Origin: Eubacteriales bacterium
GTDB taxonomy: Bacteria; Bacillota; Clostridia; Oscillospirales; CAG-382
DNA: 64,000 nt
Direction: 5' to 3'
Assembly (NCBI GenBank): GCA_045595165.1
Contig: JAZNZY010000001.1
Span: forward strand, 467 to 64,466
In this document: in pieces, positions 10,056-21,329 of the stretch
Numbering within the stretch: the first letter of the stretch is position 1
Layout of the letters: each line of letters opens with the position of its first letter
Notes under the pieces: generated by a model
Told to the model about the DNA's origin: nothing
Seen by the model: the letters and a program-made list of their open reading frames with translations, nothing else
The model's database searches: none
Translations under genes and position numbers: made by a program

Positions 10056-10943
10056 ATGGAATATTTATCTGCCGCAAAAATAGCGGAAAAATGGGGAGTT
10101 TCGCCCCGAAGCGTGCGGAATTACTGTGCTTTGGGCAGAATTGAGGGGGCAAAGCTTATCGGCAAGATATGGTACCTGCCCGAAAACGCCCAAAAGCCCG
10201 AAAGGTCCAACAAGAAAAAGCGTTCCCTTGCCCTGCTTGATATATTGAGAGAGCAAAAATCGGCGCACTTCAAGGGCGGCATCTACCACAAAATACAAAT
10301 AGACCTTACCTACAATTCCAACCGCATGGAAGGCAGCCGCCTTACCCACGATCAGACCAGATATATTTTTGAAACAAACACCATAGGATTTGAAAACGGG
10401 GCGGTTAACGTGGATGATATTATCGAAACCGCCAACCACTTCCGCTGTATCGATACGGTGATCGACCGCGGGGGAGAAAAGCTTACCGAAGGCTTTATAA
10501 AAGAGCTTCACGCCATCCTTAAGGCGGGAACCGCTGACAGCCGCAAGGATTGGTTTGCGGTGGGCGAATACAAAAAGCTTCCCAACGAGGTGGGCGGTAA
10601 TGACACGGCGTTGCCCGAAGAGGTAAAGAAAAAAATGCGTTCCCTCCTCTCCGCTTATAACGCCGATCCCCGCAAAAGCTTTGAAGATATAGTGGCGTTT
10701 CACGTTGAATTTGAGCGCATACACCCTTTTCAGGACGGAAACGGCAGAGTGGGACGACTTATTCTGTTTAAGGAATGTCTGAAGCACGGCATTGTACCGT
10801 TTATTATCGAAGACGATCTGAAGCTGTTCTATTACCGCGGCTTAAAGGAATGGGACAGAGAAAAAGGTTTTCTTTTGGACACCTGCCTTACCGCCCAAGA
10901 CAGATTCAAAAAACATCTGGATTATTTCAGAATCGAATATTAA
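10056..10943 (+). CDS. Fic-domain protein with N-terminal HTH
   Basis: HPFQDGNGRVGR Fic motif; SNRMEG putative inhibitory motif; AEKWGVSPRSVRNYC HTH; GGAGG SD before ATG 10056. Confidence 0.9.
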   Translation: MEYLSAAKIAEKWGVSPRSVRNYCALGRIEGAKLIGKIWYLPENAQKPERSNKKKRSLALLDILREQKSAHFKGGIYHKIQIDLTYNSNRMEGSRLTHDQTRYIFETNTIGFENGAVNVDDIIETANHFRCIDTVIDRGGEKLTEGFIKELHAILKAGTADSRKDWFAVGEYKKLPNEVGGNDTALPEEVKKKMRSLLSAYNADPRKSFEDIVAFHVEFERIHPFQDGNGRVGRLILFKECLKHGIVPFIIEDDLKLFYYRGLKEWDREKGFLLDTCLTAQDRFKKHLDYFRIEY

Positions 10944-10946
10944 TCA

Positions 10947-11002
10947 CCCCGAGAAAAATCACCCCAAGAAGCCTTTCGGCTTCTCGGGGACCCCGAGAAA
11001 AA
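10947..11002 (+). repeat. C module flanked by a 12-bp direct repeat
   Basis: CCCCGAGAAAAA-TCACCCCAAGAAGCC-TTTC-GGCTTCTCGGGGA-CCCCGAGAAAAA. Confidence 0.8.
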
Positions 11003-11035
11003 ACGGCGGTGGGACCGAAAAAGTCCCACCGCCGT
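11003..11035. terminator. Hairpin between convergent genes
   Basis: ACGGCGGTGGGAC-CGAAAAA-GTCCCACCGCCGT. Confidence 0.7.
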
Positions 11036-11041
11036 GGTGTT

Positions 11042-13411
11042 TTATTGAACGGGAGTAGCCGCTGTATCAACAATAGCGTAGGTTGAGAGATAGGGGGCTT
11101 CAAAGGTGATAGTGTTGCCGTTTACGGTGGAGGGAACTTCGGTAAGATTTCCGATTCCGTCTACAAAGTATACGCCGTAGGTGCCGCCGTTATTTTCCAG
11201 GGGTACGGTCACCGTAGCGGTTCCGCCATTAAGATCGTTAACGGTACCGCCGTACACAGAGTCGGTGCAGTGTATCCAATAGAGATCCACCACGTCCAGC
11301 TTATTCAAAGCAGGCTGCTGACCGTATTCACACCACTCTATTTCCAGAGGGTACAATACAAGCCAGAGCTCTGAGCCATCGCGGGATTCAACGATACCGT
11401 TCATAGCATCTTGGTCCAGCGTCACAGAGCCGTGCACAAGGGGGATCTGCAAAGAACAGCCCATATCTATTGCCAGTTTTATAACGTCTGTTTGAATCGT
11501 TACTCCGTGTTTTGTTTCGGTATACTTGGAGGTAACCGTGCCGTCGATAATCGGCTGATCCATGAACATAAAATCCATCAACGGACCGATTGCCGTTTGC
11601 ATTTCGACCAGCGGAGTGCCGAAATAAATGTCAACAGATTCTTGCGGAGGTGTCGGTTCGAAATTATCGGAGGGATCGAAAACGCCGACACCGTCCTCGT
11701 TAAGCGGCAGATACCACATTTCGCCCCACTGCTCGGTGTTAACGAGGGTAAATTCCGCCAGCGCATTGTGATCCAGAACAATAGAGCCTTCTGCCAGAGG
11801 CAGTATAAAATCATAAGGAATTGCCAGCATACTTTCGTATGTCCCCGGCATAACGAAGTAGCCGTTGGCGTTTTGGGCCGAAGGCAGAGTAATCTCACCG
11901 TACTCCGGCGCAGACCCCATCAGCATATCGATAATATCGTCGGTTACAATAGGATAAATATCGCGATCGTTGGTGAGGGAAAGCTCCGCCTCTGCTCCAG
12001 AAGGACCGCCTTGATCAAGCGCCGCGTATTCCGCGGGACGGTAAACGTCTCCGAAGTTGACGGTTATCTCAAAGCTGCGTTCGCCGCCGTTGTAGGATGC
12101 ATCGACCCGATTAGTATAGACGATGTGGCAAATGATGTCCGCTTCGCCTTCGCTGTGGCAGGATACCACACCGTTTTCATCCACCGTGGCAACGGAGGGA
12201 TTGCTTGTGGACCAGTATAATTCGTAATCGCTCTCCGCGGGTATGGAACCGCTGTGGAGATCAAATATTTGTCCCTCATAGCTTGCGTCTACGTAAAGAT
12301 TTCCCCACTTCATCATATAGGCTTGCTGAGGAACCAAAAGCTTGTAAGCGACGCCGTGCTCAAAATACAAGGTTTCGCCGTTATGTTGGGCAACGAGGTT
12401 GGACGCCATAAATCCGTTTTCGTACAGATAGTGTACGCTGCCTGCAGAAAAGCCTGTGGCATTACCTGTGGTGAACCAACCGTTGGCGAACAGCTCGCCC
12501 TCCTCGTAATCGGATAAATATATGTAGGCTCCCGCGCCGTCAAGATAGCGGGCTTCGCCGCCCCACTGAGGATCGTAGCCGTAATAATTCAGATCCATGC
12601 AGTAGTTCAGGGGTAAGCTGACAAACTGGGTGACGGGTCCATCGGGAGATACGGCAAAAACCTTTCCGTACGCATAGACGGTTGCACCGTTTTCCCTCAC
12701 AAGGGGCGGAATTGCATTTTTATCGTAGATAGGACTGATACCGCCGACAGAACTTATGTAGAACTCTTTGGCGATCTGCTCTCGGTCGGTAAGGTGTGCG
12801 GTTCCCCAAGTGGGATCGTATAAAGCCCACTCCCCGTCCAGATATACGAAGCACCATGCGTGACCGTCGAGTTCAAGCAGATCCTTCGGAGCGATACTGC
12901 TCATATAACCGCGCCAACCCACGGCAAATTCTGCGGGAATGCCCAGAGTGCGGCATAGATCACGCATCAACATAGTTTTGCCCAGACAGTTTCCCCCGCC
13001 TCCGTAGAGAACGTCGAAGGAAAAAGGAGAAGACAGCTTCCAATACGTGATGTTATTAACGATCCAGTTCTGGATGGCGTTAACCTTTTCTTTGTCCGTG
13101 GTACAGCCCGCTGTGATCTGCTGAGCAAAGGCGGTTATTATACGCTGATCCGCGCCGGTGCCGTACTCCCAGCGCAGAGCCATTTCGGGATATTTTTCAA
13201 CGTATATCTCATCGAGATACCGAAAGGTGTCATCTGCCATCTGAGGCGTGTACAGATAGCAGGCGTTATCTGCAGTCTCACCGTCGGGAGTGCCCACCAG
13301 AGGCGGCGCGTCAATATCGGAAACGGAATTGTCTGTCAGCTCGCACGCCGCGGTGACGAGGCATACCAAAAGAATAAGCGCAAGCAAACGGAATACACGT
13401 GATCGATTCAT
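11042..13411 (-). CDS. Transglutaminase-like lipoprotein with Ig-like (Big_2) domain
   Basis: Lipobox VTAAC; GNCLGKTMLM...LGIPA, GHAW, YDPTW (Cys-His-Asp); WSTSNPSVATVDENGVV Ig-like motif. Confidence 0.8.
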   Translation of the reverse strand: MNRSRVFRLLALILLVCLVTAACELTDNSVSDIDAPPLVGTPDGETADNACYLYTPQMADDTFRYLDEIYVEKYPEMALRWEYGTGADQRIITAFAQQITAGCTTDKEKVNAIQNWIVNNITYWKLSSPFSFDVLYGGGGNCLGKTMLMRDLCRTLGIPAEFAVGWRGYMSSIAPKDLLELDGHAWCFVYLDGEWALYDPTWGTAHLTDREQIAKEFYISSVGGISPIYDKNAIPPLVRENGATVYAYGKVFAVSPDGPVTQFVSLPLNYCMDLNYYGYDPQWGGEARYLDGAGAYIYLSDYEEGELFANGWFTTGNATGFSAGSVHYLYENGFMASNLVAQHNGETLYFEHGVAYKLLVPQQAYMMKWGNLYVDASYEGQIFDLHSGSIPAESDYELYWSTSNPSVATVDENGVVSCHSEGEADIICHIVYTNRVDASYNGGERSFEITVNFGDVYRPAEYAALDQGGPSGAEAELSLTNDRDIYPIVTDDIIDMLMGSAPEYGEITLPSAQNANGYFVMPGTYESMLAIPYDFILPLAEGSIVLDHNALAEFTLVNTEQWGEMWYLPLNEDGVGVFDPSDNFEPTPPQESVDIYFGTPLVEMQTAIGPLMDFMFMDQPIIDGTVTSKYTETKHGVTIQTDVIKLAIDMGCSLQIPLVHGSVTLDQDAMNGIVESRDGSELWLVLYPLEIEWCEYGQQPALNKLDVVDLYWIHCTDSVYGGTVNDLNGGTATVTVPLENNGGTYGVYFVDGIGNLTEVPSTVNGNTITFEAPYLSTYAIVDTAATPVQ

Positions 13412-13500
13412 AATTCATTCCTCCACATTACTGCTTTGATGAATTTTATGTTATATTATACCTTATCCCCTCTGCTTTTTCAATATAAATTTGCCTTTCG

Positions 13501-13530
13501 TTGACAAAAGCAGTGGGTGTGTGGTAAAAT
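13501..13530 (+). promoter_or_regulatory. sigmaA promoter
   Basis: TTGACA-18 bp-TAAAAT with extended TG. Confidence 0.6.
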
Positions 13531-13566
13531 GTTTTCAAGCAAACGTGGAGTAAGGAGAGTAAAAAA

Positions 13567-15873
13567 ATGAAAAAAACGGTATGCTTGCTTCTTATCACTT
13601 TGATTTTTGGAGGTATGCTTATGACAAGCTGTGAAACCAATCCCCCGCTTACAGAGCCGTATGTGCTTGAAAATATACGTGTTTGGCCCGAAAGCGGCAC
13701 GGTTATGATAGAAAATGAGGGCAAGCGGACCTTGACAAGGGACGATTCCGCTCCCGAGGAGCTTACCTTTACCGATTGGTATAACAACACCCACGTGGAA
13801 AAGCTTCCCTTAAGCGGAGTTTCCGTGTTTATAGACATCGGCTTCCCTGCGCAAAGCGGCAAGGTGGAATTAAAGGGTGCGGACTGCTCCTACAAGGTGT
13901 ACGCTTCCGATGACGGATATAATTTCACAAAGTTTTTGGGCGAGTTTGATACCGAAACCTTTGAATTCAACACCGATTGCAAGGCGTTTAATATAGTTTT
14001 TGAAAAAGAAAACGTTACCCTCTCCGCCGTAACGGTTACGGCTTTGCCCTATGCAAAGAAGACCTTGCTTTCTTTGGGCGCTTCTTACGTATGGGAAGGC
14101 GTGGGAATGAAGGCGTATTCCGATAAAGACGGGTTAAAGCTTACCGACGGAGTGTATTTTACGGGGGATGACAGCGTTATCGCCGCAAAGACCGCCCACG
14201 ATACGGATACACGCACGGGCAAAAAGGGAAATATAATTACTATTGATCTGGGAGATATAAAGAATGTTTCCGAGGTGTCTTTTTCCGCCTTCCTCTCGGG
14301 GGATATAAAGGCGGTAATCCCCACACGAATCTCCGTGCGCTATTCCGCAGACGGGGAAAACTGGGAGGATTTCGGACAATCATTCCTTGTGGAAACAAAG
14401 AAAAACTTAAGCCGTTTCACCGTAACCCGCCCCGCAACCGTCAAAGCGAGATACGTTAAAGTGCTCACCTATGCAGACGGAATTTTCGCCACCGATGAAA
14501 TTGAGGTCTGGGGCGCAAACGCTCCCGTTGAAGAAAAATCGTACGCGGTTCTTGACCTGCCCGAAGGCGACGTAAACACGGTTAAGAGCGCGGGGGACAA
14601 AGCGTTAACCGATAATATATTCAACACCGGCGTAAAGGTGGAAAGCGCGCTTACCGTAAAAGCCAAAGGCGCGGTAACGGCTGTGAATATAGTTTCTACC
14701 GCAGAAATCAAGAATATTTCTCCCGCAGGCAAGATGATAAGCAACACCGCCGCAGGACTGCATACTACGCTTATTGTGTTGGAAACCCCCATAGAATCGG
14801 GTGAATTTACCCTTTCCTTCGACTGTGCGGGCGAGGTAAACGAAATACAGACCTACGGAAAGACTGTAGCCCTGCCCGTGGTGGACGGGGGCTTTTACCA
14901 GCTTCCCACCAACGGCGGTAACGACGTTTCCACCCAGAACGACGCATACAGTTGGTATCTTTCCCTTAAAGGTATGCGGGACTTGGGTATGAGCACGGTG
15001 ATAATCCAGTATTCCACCCATTTTAATGCAAAGACTACCCTTATAAACGGCAAAAACATTACCGCCGCAGGATATACCTATACACCCACCTACGGCACGG
15101 AGGATCTGTGCAAGGCGGTGCTTGACGGGGCTGAAAAGCTGGGCATGAAGGTGTTTATCGGCACTATTCACGATGCGGATTTCACCGCCCCTTCAAAAAA
15201 TCAGGCGCAGTACGATGCCATTGTGGCAGACGGCGAAAAGGTGATTAAGGATATTCACGAAATGTACGGGGATCACCCCGCTTTCGGCGGATATTATCTT
15301 TCCGATGAAACCTGCGATTATTGGCTTAACCTTAAAGGCGGCGTGGAGGCTGCCCGCAAGGTTTACGAGGGACAGTCCAAGGTGATACGTTCTCTTGACG
15401 AGGACGCACTTATAATGATCGCACCCGCTATATGGCGTTCCGGCAGCGCAGACAAGATAACGGATAAGCTGTACGAGCTTTTAAAGCCCGCATCCGACGG
15501 AGAGAAGCCGGTAGTGGATATCGTTGCGGTGCAGGACTGCCTCGGCAGAGAGCAGACCCTTACCGTAACCGATAAGGTTTACGGAGATTGGCTTAAATAC
15601 TGTCAGGCTTGGAAAAAGGGAATTGAAAAAGCAGGGGCGGATTTCTGGCACGATGCAGAGGTTTTTGAGATAAATTATTCCTCCAAGCGTTTTGAAGAAA
15701 CCGAAAAATCGCTTACTCTGGAATACCCGCTTTCCGACGGAATTATCGTTTTTGATATCCCCCATTATATGACTCCCATGGCGCTTTGGGGCAAGGACGA
15801 TTGGAAGGGTGTATACAAAATGCACCAAATGAAGCAGTATATAGAATATTACAGTAATCTTACACAGGAATAA
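13567..15873 (+). CDS. Lipoprotein with discoidin/CBM32-like domain(s) and C-terminal DUF4434-type putative glycoside hydrolase
   Basis: Lipobox LMTSC; ITIDLG...YSADGENW...ARYVKV; [32 protein letters not shown]. Confidence 0.7.
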   Translation: MKKTVCLLLITLIFGGMLMTSCETNPPLTEPYVLENIRVWPESGTVMIENEGKRTLTRDDSAPEELTFTDWYNNTHVEKLPLSGVSVFIDIGFPAQSGKVELKGADCSYKVYASDDGYNFTKFLGEFDTETFEFNTDCKAFNIVFEKENVTLSAVTVTALPYAKKTLLSLGASYVWEGVGMKAYSDKDGLKLTDGVYFTGDDSVIAAKTAHDTDTRTGKKGNIITIDLGDIKNVSEVSFSAFLSGDIKAVIPTRISVRYSADGENWEDFGQSFLVETKKNLSRFTVTRPATVKARYVKVLTYADGIFATDEIEVWGANAPVEEKSYAVLDLPEGDVNTVKSAGDKALTDNIFNTGVKVESALTVKAKGAVTAVNIVSTAEIKNISPAGKMISNTAAGLHTTLIVLETPIESGEFTLSFDCAGEVNEIQTYGKTVALPVVDGGFYQLPTNGGNDVSTQNDAYSWYLSLKGMRDLGMSTVIIQYSTHFNAKTTLINGKNITAAGYTYTPTYGTEDLCKAVLDGAEKLGMKVFIGTIHDADFTAPSKNQAQYDAIVADGEKVIKDIHEMYGDHPAFGGYYLSDETCDYWLNLKGGVEAARKVYEGQSKVIRSLDEDALIMIAPAIWRSGSADKITDKLYELLKPASDGEKPVVDIVAVQDCLGREQTLTVTDKVYGDWLKYCQAWKKGIEKAGADFWHDAEVFEINYSSKRFEETEKSLTLEYPLSDGIIVFDIPHYMTPMALWGKDDWKGVYKMHQMKQYIEYYSNLTQE

Positions 15874-15874
15874 T

Positions 15875-16801
15875 ATGGAAAAAATTTACCATTCGGCAGA
15901 TGCGCTGATCGGGCGCACACCGATACTTGAACTGAATAATATAAAAAAAGAATACGGGCTTGAGTGCCGTATTCTTGCAAAGCTTGAATCCTTTAACCCC
16001 GCAGGAAGCGCCAAGGACAGAGTGGCAAAATATATTCTGGACGAGGGAGAAAAGCAAGGTATAATCAATAAAAACACGGTTATTATCGAGCCTACCTCGG
16101 GCAACACGGGTATTGGTCTTGCCGCACTTTGCGCGGTGAGGGGGTATAAATGTGTTATCGTTATGCCCGAAAATATGTCGGAAGAGCGGAAAATGCTTAT
16201 ATCCGCATACGGCGCATCCCTTGTGTTGACACCCAAAAGCGAGGGGATGGACGGCGCCATAAAAAAAGCAAACGAGCTTTTGCGGGAGATCAAAAACAGT
16301 ATAATTGCCGGGCAGTTTACAAACCCCGCAAACCCCAAAGCCCATTACGAAACCACGGGCAGAGAAATATATGAAGATACCGACGGAAACGTGGATATAT
16401 TTGTCTGCGGTGTGGGCACGGGCGGTACGATAACCGGCACGGGCAAGTTTTTAAAAGAGAAAAAGGGCAATATAAAAATAGTGGCTGTTGAGCCAAGCAG
16501 ATCCCCCGTCCTCTCGGGCGGAGAAAAGGGAAGCCACGGCTTGCAGGGGATCGGCGCAGGGTTTGTCCCCGCGGTGCTGGATACCTCCGTTTACGATACG
16601 GTGCAGACCGTAACCGAGGAGGAAGCCTTTGAATGCGCACGAATGCTTGCAAAAACAGAAGGCATCTTAGCGGGAATTTCCTCGGGAGCAGCCCTCCACG
16701 CCGCGATATGCGAAGCAAAAAAGGAAGAAAATATGGGAAAAACCATAGTCGTCCTCCTTCCCGACACGGGAGAAAGATACCTCACAGCAGGACTGTTTTA
16801 A
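15875..16801 (+). CDS. cysK: Cysteine synthase A
   Basis: NPAGSAKDR (PLP Lys), [23 protein letters not shown]. Confidence 0.95.
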   Translation: MEKIYHSADALIGRTPILELNNIKKEYGLECRILAKLESFNPAGSAKDRVAKYILDEGEKQGIINKNTVIIEPTSGNTGIGLAALCAVRGYKCVIVMPENMSEERKMLISAYGASLVLTPKSEGMDGAIKKANELLREIKNSIIAGQFTNPANPKAHYETTGREIYEDTDGNVDIFVCGVGTGGTITGTGKFLKEKKGNIKIVAVEPSRSPVLSGGEKGSHGLQGIGAGFVPAVLDTSVYDTVQTVTEEEAFECARMLAKTEGILAGISSGAALHAAICEAKKEENMGKTIVVLLPDTGERYLTAGLF

Positions 16802-16886
16802 CGATGAACTATGAACTATGAACGATGAACTATGAACTATGAACTATGAACTATGGAAGTTTTTGGTCAGCAGACCAAAAACTACC
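16801..16886. repeat. H element (ACTATGA/ACGATGA arm), one arm
   Basis: About 8 tandem heptamers starting at the cysK stop, then GTTTTTGGTC-AGCA-GACCAAAAAC-TACC. Confidence 0.85.
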
Positions 16887-16923
16887 TATTAAGATCTTCA
16901 CAGCAGCAAGATAGAAGAAGGTT

Positions 16924-17172
16924 TTAAGACCGGGGATTTGGATGCAGAATGAATTTTTACGAGCGATAGCTGTAGTATTCTACAGCGAGCGAAGTAAAAA
17001 TTTATAGAAACGCGAATAAAAAGGAATTCCGTAGGCGATTTTCGTCTACGGAATTTTTACCTTATTTTGTAATTAAAGCGGCGGGGGCAAGCCACCCGCC
17101 CTACATTGGGGGATTTGCTGAACGGAACTATATATTATTCGCGTTTCGGTCTGCGCCGAATCCACGTCTTAA
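16924..17172 (+). repeat. L element copy 2
   Basis: TTAAGAC..GGATTTGGATGCAG...CTGCGCCGAATCC..GTCTTAA; same internal helices as copy 1. Confidence 0.9.
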
Positions 17173-19448
17173 AACTGGTTCTTGCGCCAGCGGAGGACAA
17201 ATACCGCAGCCCCGCCCACAACCGCCAGAGCGATTATAACCAGCGCGATTATGAGTCCCACGTTAACGGAGGAGGGAGCCTCGAACACTACGGTGAAGGT
17301 GTGATCCTTATCCATGGTTACGGTGTAAACGCCGTCCTCGGCGATATCGATCTCCTCGCCGTCAAGAGTGATCTTTCCTACAACGTATCCCTCGTTGGGA
17401 GTTACGGTGATGGTCTTTGTTTCGCCCAAAGCGACCTTGATGGTGCCGGAGGGGTCTACGGTACCGCATTCGGTGTTATAGGTTACGGTGAGAGTTGCCT
17501 TGTCCTCGGAAACCTCAACGAATACAAGGTCCTTCTGGTTGGAATAATTAACGGTTGCCCAGCCCTTTTCGTCCGCCGTAAGGGTATCGCCTATGGAATT
17601 GAGAGCGCCGGAAAGGAATTCAGCGGGAGAAAGGTCTGCGCCGGAGAATTCGTTGCCCAAGTATATCTCAAGCACGGTGCCTGCGGGGAGTGCGGGAGAA
17701 GTGCAATATACGGTTACGAAGGCGGTGGAAGGATATTCGGTGGAAACCGCATCCTGAATAGCAACGAAATTGGGGCTTCCGTTACGCATAAAATCAAAGG
17801 AAACCGTATCTCCCTCGGGGTTGAACGCACCGCCGCCGGGGATAACAAGGGAAAATTCGCTGTCGTTAATAAGAATCTTCTTTTCGGGATAATTGGAAGC
17901 GGCGCGCTGGAAAATCTCGGTAGAAACGTTGGATTTTTCGGTAACGTCGATAACGATGGTTTCTGCGGTCCAATCAATATCCTCAACGGTGATAGGCGCA
18001 TCGTTTACGGTAGCCTTCTTGAAGGTTGCGCTTATAACCATATTGGCAGATACGTTCTTAATGGTGTATTTACCGCCGGTGAGGGTTACGTCCTCGCCGT
18101 CAACGGTTACGGAATATATTTCGTATCCTTCGTTGGCGGTGATGGTGAAGGTAATATCTCCGCCCTCTTCGATCTCGTTTGCGCCTGCGGGAGTGATAGT
18201 GCCGCCGCCGGAAACGAACGCGGTTACGGTATAGAATACCTCTTCGTTTTCCTCGGTGGAACGGAAGGTTGCGGAAACGGTTGCCGCAGTATCGGTACAT
18301 TCTATGGTATATTCGTTATCCTCGTTAAGCTTTACGGTCTTGCCGCTTACCTTAACGGTGTTGAGCTCGTAATTAACGTGGGGCTCGAAAACGAGAGTGA
18401 TGCTTTCACCAACGGGAACGTATATGTACTTTTTGCTCTCGATCTCGTACAGCTCGTCCTTTACGGTGATAGAGCCGCCGTTGCCGACAGAAAGGGTGAT
18501 CTTGCAGTAATCAACCTTTTCCTTGAAGGTTACGGAAACGGTAATATCTCCCTCGGGAGTGAAGGTGTACTGGTTGTCTTCGATCTCTACGGCTTCTTCG
18601 TTTACAAGCACTTCGTCAACCTCATAGCCTTCATCGGGAACGAAGGTGAGGGTGGAATTTATGCCCTGAGGAACAACGGTTTCGCCGGAAACGGAAACGC
18701 CGTTAAGCAAAACGGAGCCGTTCTCGCCAACGGTAACGGTTGCGCCGTAGGTTTCCAATGCCTCAACAACTACGAGATAACCGGTGTTCTCAACCAGCTT
18801 ATCCTCGTGAGGATTGTCGATATCCATATATCTGGTGCCGGTGAAATATCTGGTCTGCTTGATAGCATAACCGGGCTTTGCGAAAAATTCGATAGTGAAA
18901 TCGGTATTTTCCTCAAGACGTGCATTTCCGTTATAGGATTCGCCGTTAACCTTGAAGTACGCGCCGTCAACGGGAGCGCCGTCGGTATCCACGCACTCAA
19001 CGGTGATGGTGTAGGTGGTAACCTGTCTGAACGTAATTGCAACTTCGTGGTTTGCGGTTACGGTGAAGGTATATGCGCCGTCCTTTGCTTCAACAGCGGT
19101 GCCGTCCACGGTAACGGTATCTACCAGATATCCGTCATTGGAAGTAACGGTAAGAACGGCGGTATCGCCGGTAACGTAATAATATTCGTTCTTGGAGGGA
19201 CGGCTTCCCTCGGTGCTTTCAAGAGTATAATCTCCTCCCGTGCCGCAGGAAACGGTAACGGTGAGATCCTCTTTGACCGCGGGCTCGCTTACCTCGGGGA
19301 TGCTCTCCTCGGGGATGCTCTCCTCGGTTTTGGAAGTATCCTCGATCACTTCGCTTACGTCGCTGGTTTCAGCAAACGCGGCGAAGGGCACGAGCATAAG
19401 AGCTATGATTGCCGCCAGTAAAAAGGCGGTAAGTTTACGTGAAAACAT
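17169..19448 (-). CDS. Cell-surface protein with multiple InlB B-repeat-like domains and C-terminal TM anchor
   Basis: Signal peptide; about six repeats of the type (G/T)xxGx(I/V)...F.PxEGY.(V/I)..V.V(D/N)G; hydrophobic tail plus RWRKNQF. Confidence 0.8.
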   Translation of the reverse strand: MFSRKLTAFLLAAIIALMLVPFAAFAETSDVSEVIEDTSKTEESIPEESIPEVSEPAVKEDLTVTVSCGTGGDYTLESTEGSRPSKNEYYYVTGDTAVLTVTSNDGYLVDTVTVDGTAVEAKDGAYTFTVTANHEVAITFRQVTTYTITVECVDTDGAPVDGAYFKVNGESYNGNARLEENTDFTIEFFAKPGYAIKQTRYFTGTRYMDIDNPHEDKLVENTGYLVVVEALETYGATVTVGENGSVLLNGVSVSGETVVPQGINSTLTFVPDEGYEVDEVLVNEEAVEIEDNQYTFTPEGDITVSVTFKEKVDYCKITLSVGNGGSITVKDELYEIESKKYIYVPVGESITLVFEPHVNYELNTVKVSGKTVKLNEDNEYTIECTDTAATVSATFRSTEENEEVFYTVTAFVSGGGTITPAGANEIEEGGDITFTITANEGYEIYSVTVDGEDVTLTGGKYTIKNVSANMVISATFKKATVNDAPITVEDIDWTAETIVIDVTEKSNVSTEIFQRAASNYPEKKILINDSEFSLVIPGGGAFNPEGDTVSFDFMRNGSPNFVAIQDAVSTEYPSTAFVTVYCTSPALPAGTVLEIYLGNEFSGADLSPAEFLSGALNSIGDTLTADEKGWATVNYSNQKDLVFVEVSEDKATLTVTYNTECGTVDPSGTIKVALGETKTITVTPNEGYVVGKITLDGEEIDIAEDGVYTVTMDKDHTFTVVFEAPSSVNVGLIIALVIIALAVVGGAAVFVLRWRKNQF

Positions 19449-19623
19449 AAATTTTCTCTCCTTCAGACAAGTGGTTTTGTATCAACGCTTGACTTTAACG
19501 TTTTGTTTTGTTATACTTGATTTCAAAGTAGTACCTTGTATTATATAATATAAGTATGAACATTTCAAGTACTAAATTCTAAATTGTAATAAACATCTCT
19601 GCAAAGGAGTTAAAAAATAGGCT

Positions 19624-21321
19624 ATGAAAGTTTCGGTTTTATTGGGCGAAAGATACAAAAACGCCCCTGCGGATTGTATTGTTGAGAGTCAGGCTCTTAT
19701 GGTTCGCGGCGGATATATTAAACAGGTTGGAAGCGGTATATATTCCCTTTTTACCCCCGCACAGCGTATAATGAACAAAATAGAAAACATAATCCGCGAG
19801 GAGATGGACGCGATCGACGGTCAGGAGGTACTCTTCCCCGTGGTAATGCCCGCATCCCTCTGGAAGGAATCCGGCAGATTTGAGAGCATCGGTTCCGAGC
19901 TGCTCCGCTTCAAGGACAGAGGAAACAACGATATGGTTTTGGGTATGACTCACGAGGAGGCGGCTGTTCAGCTTGCCCGCGATACCGCCCAGACCTACAC
20001 AAAATATCCCTTTATGATATACCAGATACAGACAAAGTTCCGTGATGAGCCCCGCGCAAGAGGCGGTCTTATCCGTGTGCGTGAGTTCACTATGAAGGAC
20101 GCATACTCCTTCCACAGAACTCAGGAGGATCTGGAGCAGTACTACGAAAGATGCTACAAGGCGTACGAGCGCATTTTTGCCCGCTGCGGTCTTAAAAACG
20201 TCGTTGCCGTTAAGTCCGATTCGGGTATGATGGGCGGTAAGGTAAGCCACGAGTTTATGCTGCTTACCGATATCGGCGAGGACACGCTGGTTATATGCGA
20301 CGATTGCGATTACCGTTCCAATATGGAAGCGGCGGACAGCATTATCGTTAACGATGAAAAGTACCCCGTTGAACCCCTTTCCGAAATTTACACCCCCGGT
20401 GTAAAGACGATTGACCAGCTTTGCGGCAAGGTGGGCAGAAAATCCAAGTATTTCTGCAAGGCGGTAGTCTACCGTGTTAACGAGGACGACAGCCACGTGG
20501 TAGTATTTATACGCGGCGACCTTGAGGTTAACGAAACCAAGCTCCGCAATTATCTGGGCAAGGAAATTCACCCCGCCGCAGATATTGACGAAAGTCTGCT
20601 TACCGCGGGCTTTATCGGTCCCGTAGGCATAAGCAAGGATGTTAAGGTGGTTTACGATGAATCCCTGAAGGGCGCACACAATCTGGTTTGCGGCGCAAAC
20701 AAGGTTGATTACCACCTCACCGGTCTTGACCTTGAGAGAGATGTGGAGGGGGTTACCTACGTTTCCGTGGCAAAGGCGGTTTCCGGCGGTATATGCCCCG
20801 TTTGCGGCAGAAGAAGCTTGAAGATAAAAAAAGGCGTTGAGATCGGCAATATATTCCAGCTGGGCACCAAGTATTCCCAGGTTATGGGATTACGTTATAC
20901 CGATGAAAACGGCGAACTGCAGACACCTATTATGGGCTGTTACGGTATCGGCGTAGGCAGACTGTGCGCTTGCATTTGTCAGGAAAGCAGAGATAATTAC
21001 GGTCCTATCTGGCCCAAGTCCGTTGCGCCCTGGCAGGTAGAGGTTTGCGCTTTGCGTGCAGATGAGCCCGCAGTAAAGGAATGTGCGGAAAAGCTGGTAA
21101 AAGACCTTGAGGATATGGGAGTTCAGGTATTGTACGATGACAGACCCGTTTCCGCAGGCTTTATGTTCTCGGATGCAGACTTGTTCGGCGTGCCCGTAAG
21201 AGCAATAGTAAGCCCCAAGAATATAGATAACGGCGAGATCGAGATCGCCACCCGCGATAAGAGCGTTAAGGTGAACGTGCCTATGGGCGAGGCATTGGCG
21301 AAGATTAAGGAATTATTGTAA
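19624..21321 (+). CDS. proS: Prolyl-tRNA synthetase (bacterial type with editing insertion)
   Basis: LGMTHEE, QTKFRDEPRARGGLIRVREFTMKDAYSF, EIGNIFQLGTKYS, MGCYGIG. Confidence 0.97.
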   Translation: MKVSVLLGERYKNAPADCIVESQALMVRGGYIKQVGSGIYSLFTPAQRIMNKIENIIREEMDAIDGQEVLFPVVMPASLWKESGRFESIGSELLRFKDRGNNDMVLGMTHEEAAVQLARDTAQTYTKYPFMIYQIQTKFRDEPRARGGLIRVREFTMKDAYSFHRTQEDLEQYYERCYKAYERIFARCGLKNVVAVKSDSGMMGGKVSHEFMLLTDIGEDTLVICDDCDYRSNMEAADSIIVNDEKYPVEPLSEIYTPGVKTIDQLCGKVGRKSKYFCKAVVYRVNEDDSHVVVFIRGDLEVNETKLRNYLGKEIHPAADIDESLLTAGFIGPVGISKDVKVVYDESLKGAHNLVCGANKVDYHLTGLDLERDVEGVTYVSVAKAVSGGICPVCGRRSLKIKKGVEIGNIFQLGTKYSQVMGLRYTDENGELQTPIMGCYGIGVGRLCACICQESRDNYGPIWPKSVAPWQVEVCALRADEPAVKECAEKLVKDLEDMGVQVLYDDRPVSAGFMFSDADLFGVPVRAIVSPKNIDNGEIEIATRDKSVKVNVPMGEALAKIKELL

Positions 21322-21329
21322 GACTCTTA

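Noticed and set aside
19295-19330. 15-bp tandem repeat CTCGGGGATGCTCTC in the surface-protein gene
   Set aside because: Encodes an in-frame low-complexity linker (EESIP repeats); not a phase-variation tract
17106-19421. 771-aa + strand ORF
   Set aside because: Antisense shadow of the surface-protein gene; no SD, signal or recognisable domain
19449-19623. T-box leaders upstream of proS and leuS (37327-37456)
   Set aside because: Spacers are short, and I found no AGGGTGGNACCGCG-like sequence or antiterminator; the leuS spacer is an H element
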